This document shows, one piece after another, positions 1-7,424 of a stretch of DNA of 30,455 nucleotides; positions within the stretch are counted from its first letter, which is position 1; every line of letters starts with the position of its first letter. This DNA comes from Candidatus Hydrogenedentota bacterium (lineage in GTDB: Bacteria; Hydrogenedentota; Hydrogenedentia; Hydrogenedentales; SLHB01): the NCBI GenBank assembly GCA_029974275.1, contig JARKSN010000322.1:1-30455 (forward strand), read 5' to 3'. Under the pieces are notes generated by a model. That model did no database searches and was not told the origin of the DNA. It saw only the letters and a list, made by a program, of their open reading frames with translations. The translations under genes were made by a program, and so were the position numbers.

Positions 1-919
1 GGTCGGGCGCGGGCGCCGCATGGACAGGTTCCAGCGTCGTCTCGCTTGCCAGACGGCGCAGCGGAAAGCCCATGTTCGTGCGTTGCTCGAAGTAACCCTT
101 GGCGCACTGTTCGGCGATAGCGCGGCAACGCAAGAGGAAGCGGCCTCGCTCTGACACCGACAGCGCGCTGCGTGCATCGAGCACGTTGAACAAGTGCGAT
201 AGGCGCAGGCAGTGGTCATACGCGGGGAACACGAGGCCCTGTTCGAGCAGGCGGCGGCCTTCGCTTTCCCAGATGTCGAAGACGTTGAAGAGCTTGGCGG
301 TGTCCGCCGCTTCGAAGTTGTAGTGGCAGTATTCGACCTCGGACGCGTGGTAAATGTCGCCGTAGGTGATGCCCGAGGGCGCCCACACGAGGTCGTAGAC
401 GTTCTCGACGCCCTGCAAATACATCGCGATGCGCTCGACACCGTAGGTCAGTTCGCAGGCGCGCACGTCGAGTTTGACGCCGCCGCATTCCTGGAAGTAG
501 GTGAACTGCAAGACTTCCATGCCGTCGAGCCATGCTTCCCAGCCCAAGCCCCACGCGCCCAGCGACGGGCTTTCCCAGTTGTCCTCGACGAAGCGGAAAT
601 CGTGTTTGGTAAGGTCGAGGCCCAGCGCCTCGAAGGACTGCAGGAAGAGGTCCTGCACGTTCGGCGGAGACGGCTTCAAGATAACCTGGTACTGGTAGTA
701 GTGCTGCAGACGGTTCGGGTTCTCGCCGTAACGGCCATCCGCAGGGCGCGTGCTCGGCTCGGCATAGGCCACGTTCCACGGCTCAGGGCCCAACACCCTC
801 AGGAAAGTCGCTGGATTTGAGGTGCCCGCGCCGACTTCGGTGTGATAGGGCTGCCAGAGGATACAGCCCTGTTTAAGCCAAAACGCGTTCAACGTTTGCA
901 GAACATCCTGGAAGTACAT
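1..919 (-). CDS. glyQ: Glycine--tRNA ligase alpha subunit (3' end beyond the window; may be an alpha/beta fusion)
   Basis: Absent from the ORF track because no stop falls inside the window. Manual translation from ATG 919 gives [52 protein letters not shown]...[17 protein letters not shown]...[20 protein letters not shown]...QFTYFQ...[10 protein letters not shown]...GFPL, all hallmark GlyQ motifs. An SD-like AGGAAGG lies upstream. Confidence 0.97.
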   Translation of the reverse strand, partial: MYFQDVLQTLNAFWLKQGCILWQPYHTEVGAGTSNPATFLRVLGPEPWNVAYAEPSTRPADGRYGENPNRLQHYYQYQVILKPSPPNVQDLFLQSFEALGLDLTKHDFRFVEDNWESPSLGAWGLGWEAWLDGMEVLQFTYFQECGGVKLDVRACELTYGVERIAMYLQGVENVYDLVWAPSGITYGDIYHASEVEYCHYNFEAADTAKLFNVFDIWESEGRRLLEQGLVFPAYDHCLRLSHLFNVLDARSALSVSERGRFLLRCRAIAEQCAKGYFEQRTNMGFPLRRLASETTLEPVHAAPAPD

Positions 920-1057
920 GCGGATTACCTTCCTGTTTTGTGCGCCGATGACCTCCCAATGGGTCATGAAGGCGTTCCTGCGTTGCCCAGCGGAGCCCAC
1001 GCGTTCCCCCATCGGCATTTTACAAACCCGTTGGAAATCGCCAAAAAGAGGTACGGG

Positions 1058-1086
1058 ATTCTAACCGTCTGCAGAGGTGAAATCAA
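1058..1086 (-). promoter_or_regulatory. Putative sigma70 promoter for glyQ
   Basis: Minus strand reads TTGATT-17 nt-TAGAAT, about 140 nt upstream of the ATG. Confidence 0.5.
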
Positions 1087-1101
1087 AGCGCAGGTTTGAT
1101 T

Positions 1102-4023
1102 TCACGGGGCGCTCAATGGCTTGCCTGCGGCAGGATCGATCCGGGCGAGTTCTTGTTGGATGGAGTGGCGCGCGCTTGGGGCGAGGCCGGGCGAAAGCAG
1201 GACGGACTGGTATTCCTGGCGGGCTTTGGCGGTCTGACCGGTGAGGGAATAGGATCGGGCAAGCAGCAGACGCGCCGAGGCATTGGCGGGGGCGCGTTTC
1301 AGGGCTTCGGTCAGAATGGGGATCGCTTCCTGGGGGCGCTGCAATGACAACAGGGCCTTTCCAAGGCGTTCGGCGCAGACGCTGTAGTCGGCGGGCGAGA
1401 GATAGGGCAGCGCGGCGCGCAGGAGACGTTCCGCTTTGTCGAATTGCTGGAGCGCGGCGGAGGCCGTTCCGAGACTCAGCGCGATCTGCCCAATGGCTGC
1501 TGCGGATGGGCCTCCTTTTTCGCCTTCTCCGGCGAGGATGTCTATGGTCCATGCGAGGGTTGCGGGGTCGCCGGGCATTTTGTTCTCCATCAAGTCGTCA
1601 ATTCGTTGCGTCAACGTTCGCGCCGCATCGGGAACGGCGCCGGGGCCTTTTTCGAGCACGAACGCGATGATGTCGGATCCGGGCGGGCGCTGCGTTCGGG
1701 CGTGATCGTCGTGAAAAAGCGTCGGGAACAGCAACGGTTGGTCGAGCGCATGCCCCGCCCGATACAGCATGCCCCATGCATCGCCGCAGGCGGGTTCTGT
1801 CTGGATGGCGTGCAGGATGGCCGTGAGAGCGTCGTCTTGGCGATCGAAGCCCTCCGACAAGGCGCGCGCTTTCCGCACATATAGGCCTGCGATTGACGCG
1901 GCATCGGGTTGAGGGACGTCGGAGAGTTCCTGAATGCGCCGTTCTGCCGCAAGGCAGATGTCTTCGTAACGGTTGAACTGTTGCGCAAAGCGGAAGAACA
2001 TGGTCCATGTCTGTTCGTCGTCAGGCGCAGCGGCGGTGGCGCGCCCGAAAACGTCGGCGGCTTCGTCCAGTTTGTTTTGGGCGATGCAGGCCTGTGCGAG
2101 CAGGCGAAGCAGTTCGGCGCGGTTCAATGCGCCCACCAAGGCCTTGCGCAGATGCTCCTCGGCTTCTTGCCAGAGGGGGGCGGTCATTTCCCGCGGGGAG
2201 GAATTGTTTTGTGCGAGGCGACTGGCGCGGAGCATCAATGCTCGCGCGAGGACGTCCTCGGCTCCGGGGTAGGCGGGCGCGATGGAAGCCGCCCGGCGTG
2301 CGTGATTCATGGCCTCGGTTTCCAGCCGCGCCGCTTCTTCGCCTGTTGCCGTCGCGCTATCGTTGACGAGTTGCTGTGCGATGCGGATGTGCGCATCGAT
2401 GTACGTGGGATTGAGCGCGAGCGTCCGTTCGAAATGCGATATCGCCTCCGCTTTGCGATCGAGCAATAGGCAGACTCTTCCGAGGTGATACCAGGTCGTC
2501 CAATACTGCGGCATGAGGGTTGCCGCGATCTTCAGGGGGCCTTGCGCGGCCTTGGGATCCTTCCAGTGCAATGCGGCCATTCCGCGTCGCAGCGATATTT
2601 GATGGGCGAAATCGAGCGCGCCGAACACGGACAACGAGAGGGCGATTCCGGCGGCTCCCCATCGCAAGAGGTTGTTCCTGCGCGAAATGGAGAAACGCGG
2701 AGCTTCCTGCGCCTCGCTCCTCATCCAGGTTCCGGCCAAGGCTCCGGCGGTCAGATAGACAATCGACGCCGATACGGGCAGGTGAAGGTTGAAACCGAAC
2801 TGGCCGTCGATAAGTGCGGCCGTGAACAACGCGGCGGACGCGTACCCGAGTCCCCGTCGATCGCGGTCCTGTGCGGTGAACGCGCTGTAAAGTCCATACC
2901 CTATCCCGCACACGAGAAATCCCAGATAGAGGGCCGCTCCTCCGAGTCCGCTTTCGACGGCGGCTTCGAGGGTTTCGTTATGGACGTGATCGTTCATGGC
3001 GCGGGCGCTATCGAAACGCGCTTGCTCGAAAGGGGTCCAGTACAAGGGACTTTCGAGGTAGTAGCCTCCCGGTCCGCGGCCCGTGAAGGGCTTGTCCGCG
3101 ATCATGCGCACGCTTCCGAAAAACGAGTGCGCCCGCAGCAGAATCGATTCGTCAAGCGGATAAGGACGTCCGGTGCGCGCGTAACAGGCCGTCATTCCGA
3201 CGGCAACGGCGGCGATGCCGAGTGCAGCCATGGCTAGGAATGCCCCCAGCACGGCTCGGGAAGGGTGTTGTATGCGCCGCCGAAGCCAGGTCGCCACGAC
3301 AATCATGGCGACTGCCGCCGCCAAGGCGAGGAATGTGCCGCGTGTGCGAGTGAGGCCTAGGTGCGCGAGGTAGATCGCCACGAAGGCCAAGGGCCATGCC
3401 GATCGGCGGGCCCACGCCATTCCCGCGGCCAATATTCCCGCGAGCAACAGGGCGTGCGATGCGTAGTTCGGGTTGCCAAATGTAGCGGGAGCGGACCGGA
3501 GCATCCCCGTCTCGTCCTCCCAAGGGAAGGGGTCCAGCCCTGCATATTGCAGGAAGCCATACAGAGATGCCGCTGCCATCGAGACGCACAGGGCGGTGAC
3601 GACGGTCCAGACGCGCCGCGGTTCCGTCAGGGTCCACGCACAGGCGAGATATAGGGCAAACAGACTGAGCGGCAAGGTCCAACTGGACAACGCATAGCCT
3701 TTGTTCGCGGAGAACAGAACGCTGAAGAGTCCCGTCAGGAGTCCTGCCGACAATACGAGGAGAAAAACCGGGGGCGCGTGCAGCGTGCGGCCGGCTTGGT
3801 GCGGTCGGAACGCCATCCATGCGACGAGAGTCGCCGGCATGATCTGCAGGACCAGTGATTTTGGCGCGGTAATATCCTGCGCCAGCGGCAGCACCGCAAG
3901 CACGATGACGGCGATTGCTGTGCCCAGCACGATCGTCCCGAGGCGTCCATCCGCCGCAGTGATGCCGGCAATGGGAGGAGAAGGCGGATGGTTTTCGCGC
4001 AATTTTCGGGGGGCGCGCTTCAT
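1102..4023 (-). CDS. O-antigen ligase (Wzy_C)-family membrane protein with C-terminal TPR repeats
   Basis: About 12 hydrophobic segments, ATFGNPN, TRTRG and HVHNETLEAAVESG (HxHN motif), then roughly 480 aa of TPR-like helices (WYHLGRVCLLLDRKAEAISHFERTLALNP). Start moved from 4194 to ATG 4023 because 4194 overlaps acyP and a promoter candidate lies at 4076-4104. Confidence 0.85.
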   Translation of the reverse strand: MKRAPRKLRENHPPSPPIAGITAADGRLGTIVLGTAIAVIVLAVLPLAQDITAPKSLVLQIMPATLVAWMAFRPHQAGRTLHAPPVFLLVLSAGLLTGLFSVLFSANKGYALSSWTLPLSLFALYLACAWTLTEPRRVWTVVTALCVSMAAASLYGFLQYAGLDPFPWEDETGMLRSAPATFGNPNYASHALLLAGILAAGMAWARRSAWPLAFVAIYLAHLGLTRTRGTFLALAAAVAMIVVATWLRRRIQHPSRAVLGAFLAMAALGIAAVAVGMTACYARTGRPYPLDESILLRAHSFFGSVRMIADKPFTGRGPGGYYLESPLYWTPFEQARFDSARAMNDHVHNETLEAAVESGLGGAALYLGFLVCGIGYGLYSAFTAQDRDRRGLGYASAALFTAALIDGQFGFNLHLPVSASIVYLTAGALAGTWMRSEAQEAPRFSISRRNNLLRWGAAGIALSLSVFGALDFAHQISLRRGMAALHWKDPKAAQGPLKIAATLMPQYWTTWYHLGRVCLLLDRKAEAISHFERTLALNPTYIDAHIRIAQQLVNDSATATGEEAARLETEAMNHARRAASIAPAYPGAEDVLARALMLRASRLAQNNSSPREMTAPLWQEAEEHLRKALVGALNRAELLRLLAQACIAQNKLDEAADVFGRATAAAPDDEQTWTMFFRFAQQFNRYEDICLAAERRIQELSDVPQPDAASIAGLYVRKARALSEGFDRQDDALTAILHAIQTEPACGDAWGMLYRAGHALDQPLLFPTLFHDDHARTQRPPGSDIIAFVLEKGPGAVPDAARTLTQRIDDLMENKMPGDPATLAWTIDILAGEGEKGGPSAAAIGQIALSLGTASAALQQFDKAERLLRAALPYLSPADYSVCAERLGKALLSLQRPQEAIPILTEALKRAPANASARLLLARSYSLTGQTAKARQEYQSVLLSPGLAPSARHSIQQELARIDPAAGKPLSAP

Positions 4024-4075
4024 GGCGTAACCGGTCCTCGCACTATACGGGCGCACTATGCACGCGTGTTCGCGT

Positions 4076-4104
4076 ATGGTAACCATACGCATGCGCGGTA
4101 TCAA
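4076..4104 (-). promoter_or_regulatory. Putative sigma70 promoter for the O-antigen-ligase/TPR gene
   Basis: Minus strand reads TTGATA (4104-4099), 17 nt, TACCAT (4081-4076). Confidence 0.5.
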
Positions 4105-4156
4105 CCGATCGATTGATGAGCGATACGTCATGTTTATGCGTAAGGCGCGGCGCGGG

Positions 4157-4438
4157 TCAGTCGCGGATGACAAAGCCGCGTTTCGAGGCGGCATCGATTG
4201 CTTGCCACTCCGCCTCGACCCTCGATACGTGCGCGGACGCCGGGCCTATCCAGCACCAGTCCAGCATTTGCTCAAGGGCGTCGCGCGGCCCTTCGAATTC
4301 CGCCTCGACGCGCCCGTCGTTCAAATTGCGCACCCATCCCCCGATTTTCAGCGCCGCTGCCTGATAATAGGCTGCGTAACGAAATCCCACTCCCTGAACA
4401 CGGCCTTCTATCGTCACATGCAAACGTTCGCACGTCAT
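4157..4438 (-). CDS. acyP: Acylphosphatase
   Basis: 93 aa with signature motifs GRVQGVGFR and GWVRNLNDGRVE. Confidence 0.95.
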   Translation of the reverse strand: MTCERLHVTIEGRVQGVGFRYAAYYQAAALKIGGWVRNLNDGRVEAEFEGPRDALEQMLDWCWIGPASAHVSRVEAEWQAIDAASKRGFVIRD

Positions 4439-4571
4439 GGCAGTCGCCTCGGCGCTTCCCTAGCCTTTGGAGTTCCATCTTGGCCAACATCCATTATACA
4501 GGTCGCGCCTTTTGTGGTCGCCTGCGGTGATGAGGGGGAATGGGATGGGTTTGGAGCGATCAAATGTGGAT

Positions 4572-4600
4572 TTGACAAACCTGGAGTGTCTAGGCATGCT
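4572..4600 (+). promoter_or_regulatory. Putative sigma70 promoter for the HAD phosphatase gene
   Basis: TTGACA-17 nt-CATGCT. A perfect TATAAT on the minus strand at 4493-4498 probably serves the divergent acyP. Confidence 0.45.
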
Positions 4601-4715
4601 CCTATCAAGAGCGGCAGCGCTGTATGCCGTTGGCCGCTTACGCCTGCATTTCACGCAAAAACCGGGTCGTATCAATGAATGCGCATTCGTCAACGGACAA
4701 GACGCTCCCGTCGGC

Positions 4716-5321
4716 ATGAGGCGTGACCCCATTGTCATCACGACGGGCTGCCGCCCCTCCAGCCATTCCAACGGCTATGTGCTGGTGGACCGGGACGGCG
4801 TGCTGAATGTGGCCGTTGCCAACGGCTACGTCACCGACCCGTCTATGCTTCACATTCTGCCTGGCGCGGCGGAGGCGGTCGCGGAGCTCAATCGCGCGGG
4901 GTATGGCGTGATCGTGATTTCCAATCAGCAATGCGTGGGCAAGGGGTTGTTCTCGCGCGATGGGTTGCGGCAGATAACGGAAAGGTTGCGCGATCGCATA
5001 CGTGACGCATCCGGCGGGGAAATCGATGCGTTTTATTACTGTCCCCATTTGCGCGAGGAGCGGTGCGCATGCCGGAAGCCATCGCCGGGCATGATTTTCG
5101 CCGCGCAAGACAGGTTTGGGTTTGACCTTGCGGAGACCCCGTTTATTGGCGACAGTTACACGGATCTTGAAACCGCCAAGGCAGCGGGAACTCCCGCGAT
5201 CTTTACGCTATGCGGCCTGGAAGCGGAACGGTATCACGCAGGCGAGCCGCTTCCGGTTGCGTCGACGCCGGTCGTTGCAGACCTGGCTGAGGCGGTGGGG
5301 CATTGGCTTCGGCGGCGTTGA
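4716..5321 (+). CDS. gmhB: HAD-IIIA phosphatase, D-glycero-D-manno-heptose 1,7-bisphosphate phosphatase / histidinol-phosphatase family
   Basis: DRDGVLN, ISNQ, Zn site CPH...CACRKPSPGM and GDSYTD. Start uncertain; the 4467 start would span the promoter region. Confidence 0.85.
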   Translation: MRRDPIVITTGCRPSSHSNGYVLVDRDGVLNVAVANGYVTDPSMLHILPGAAEAVAELNRAGYGVIVISNQQCVGKGLFSRDGLRQITERLRDRIRDASGGEIDAFYYCPHLREERCACRKPSPGMIFAAQDRFGFDLAETPFIGDSYTDLETAKAAGTPAIFTLCGLEAERYHAGEPLPVASTPVVADLAEAVGHWLRRR

Positions 5322-5358
5322 CGATCGGGACGCATTTTTCGCCGGGTGTTGGGAGGCG

Positions 5359-6321
5359 TTACGCTGCGTTGCGGGGGGCCAGCAGCAGTCCTCCCGCCAG
5401 CACGACGTCCTCGCCCAATTCGCTAGGCAGTATTTTGTAGCGATCGCGATAGGGTCCAAACACGTAGCGCGCCACGGCATCGCGCAAGGGCGTGAACAGC
5501 ACGTCGCCCACCAGGCTCAGCCCGCCGCCTACGACAATGTTTTCGGGATGGAACAACGCCAGCACGTTGGAGATGGCAATCGCGATGCTCTCTGCGATGC
5601 GTCCCATCTCGGCCGCTGCGCGCGGATCGCCGCGACGGGCCGCCTCGGCCAGGATGGCGCAGGTGATGCGTTGTTGATTTCGACTCCACAACTTGTGCAA
5701 CGGCGTGCCCTCAACGGGCGGAGCGCTTCTCCGGGCGCGGCGTTCGATGGACCATCCACTGCACAGGTCCTCAAGCTTCGCGATCGCTCCGGGCAGCGGA
5801 GCCGTCCAATCCGGCACGTAGGTGTGCCCAATCTCGGCAGCGCCCCGCCCCTGTCCGTCGTACAGGTTGCCGTCGATCACCAACGCGCCGCCAATGCCGC
5901 TGCCGACGTTCATGTAGAAAAACTGACGCGCGCCACGGCCCGCGCCCAGGCAATACTCGGCCCATCCCGCCGCATTGCTGTCGTTTGAGATTGTCACGGG
6001 CAGACTGAAGCGATCCTCGAACCAAGCCTTGAGAGCGATGTTTTCCCACCCGTTCACCTGGTGCGACAGGAGGACGCGTCCCGTTGCGGATTCGACCGGA
6101 CCGCCGAACCCGATGCCCATGCCGAGAACGCGCGCGCCCGCCGCCCCGGCGCGACGCAGCAGGTGGGGAATTTGTTCGTTGAACCAAGCGAGCACGGCGT
6201 CCGCGCCTTCGGAGGCGGGGGACTGGCCTTTGATGCGTTCGACAATCGCGCCCTGCGGCGTTCCGAGCGCGATTTGCAGTTTTGTTCCGCCGATCTCGGC
6301 GGCAAGCATTAATTCTTTCAT
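5359..6321 (-). CDS. ROK-family sugar kinase (glucokinase-like)
   Basis: EIGGTK, GIGFGGPV, SNDSNAA, VGSGIGGAL, AAEIGH, GGGLS. No N-terminal HTH, so kinase rather than repressor. SD AAGAAGGTG precedes ATG 6321. Confidence 0.9.
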   Translation of the reverse strand: MKELMLAAEIGGTKLQIALGTPQGAIVERIKGQSPASEGADAVLAWFNEQIPHLLRRAGAAGARVLGMGIGFGGPVESATGRVLLSHQVNGWENIALKAWFEDRFSLPVTISNDSNAAGWAEYCLGAGRGARQFFYMNVGSGIGGALVIDGNLYDGQGRGAAEIGHTYVPDWTAPLPGAIAKLEDLCSGWSIERRARRSAPPVEGTPLHKLWSRNQQRITCAILAEAARRGDPRAAAEMGRIAESIAIAISNVLALFHPENIVVGGGLSLVGDVLFTPLRDAVARYVFGPYRDRYKILPSELGEDVVLAGGLLLAPRNAA

Positions 6322-6412
6322 GCAAGCGACACCTTCTTGAGGAGACGTTTCCGAAAGCGCTTCTATCGTCCAACATGCTACCATACGCGTAGGCCAAATC
6401 AGGAGAACGACG

Positions 6413-7366
6413 ATGCGCTATTCATTTTTGGGCAAGACGGGTTTGCACGTTTCGGAAATTTGTTTGGGCACGATGACGTTCGGCAATGAGGCGGATGAAA
6501 CGACGGCAAACGCGATTATGGCGCGCGCCGCGGACGCCGGCATCAATTTCTTCGATACCGCCAATGTCTACAACCAAGGCCGCACCGAAGAGATCGTAGG
6601 CCGTTGGCTCTCGGAGCGGCGCGAATCCATCGTTGTTGCCACGAAGTGCCACTTTCCTTTTGGCGACGGAGTGAATGACCGGGGCAGTTCGCGCCGGAAT
6701 ATTGTGTTGTCCGTTGAAAATAGCCTGCGCCGTCTGCGGACAGACTGGATCGATATCCTGTATTTGCATCATTGGGACGATCATGCCGCAGTCGAGGAAT
6801 CGCTCGCCGCTCTCGATACGCTGGTGCGGCAGGGCAAGGTCCTGTATCCCGCCGTATCCAATTTTGCGGCGTGGCAGACCATGAAAGCGCTCGCCCATTG
6901 CCGTTCCTGCGGCCTGGCCCCGATTGCCGCCATTCAGCCCATGTACAACCTGCTCAAGCGCCAAGCGGAAGTCGAGATTCTACCCATGGCGTTGGCGGAA
7001 GGCGTCGCCGTATGTCCCTATAACCCAATGGCCGCAGGCCTGCTCACCGGCAAATACCTGCGCGGCGAAGGAGGGCGTCTCGACGTCAACAAGGCATATC
7101 AAAAACGTTATGGCAACGAGCATTATCGGGAGACCGTCGCGGCGTTTGTGGCGTACGCCCGGCAGCGTAGCGTTTCGCCCGCCGCGCTGGCCGTCGCATG
7201 GGTTGTGACTCACCCCGCCGTCACGTCGGCCATTGTCGGCGCGCGCAACCTTGACCAGTTCCACGACACCCTTGCCTGCGTTGACATCCACCTTGCTGCG
7301 GATGAGCGCGCCGAAATCGCCGCCCTCTCCCTCCCGCCGCCTTTGGCGACGGATCGGGAAGGATGA
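6413..7366 (+). CDS. Aldo/keto reductase
   Basis: LGKTGLHVSEICLGTMTFG, FFDTANVY, ATK, SLRRLRTDWIDILYLH, GLLTGKY. SD AGGAG. Confidence 0.95.
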   Translation: MRYSFLGKTGLHVSEICLGTMTFGNEADETTANAIMARAADAGINFFDTANVYNQGRTEEIVGRWLSERRESIVVATKCHFPFGDGVNDRGSSRRNIVLSVENSLRRLRTDWIDILYLHHWDDHAAVEESLAALDTLVRQGKVLYPAVSNFAAWQTMKALAHCRSCGLAPIAAIQPMYNLLKRQAEVEILPMALAEGVAVCPYNPMAAGLLTGKYLRGEGGRLDVNKAYQKRYGNEHYRETVAAFVAYARQRSVSPAALAVAWVVTHPAVTSAIVGARNLDQFHDTLACVDIHLAADERAEIAALSLPPPLATDREG

Positions 7367-7424
7367 AGCGTTCTCGTGATCCTATGAAGAAACGGATGCC
7401 GCTTCGACATTTCGGAGAAAGCAC

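Noticed and set aside
212..820. ORF-track calls at 212-820 (+) and 216-779 (-)
   Set aside because: Shadows of glyQ, whose true frame (ATG 919 to the edge) is missing from the track.
920..1057. T-box or glycine riboswitch in the glyQ leader
   Set aside because: No T-box consensus (GGTGGNACCGCG) and no terminator. Only short alternative pairings (GCCGATG/CATCGGC versus ATGACC/GGTCAT) are present, too weak to call.
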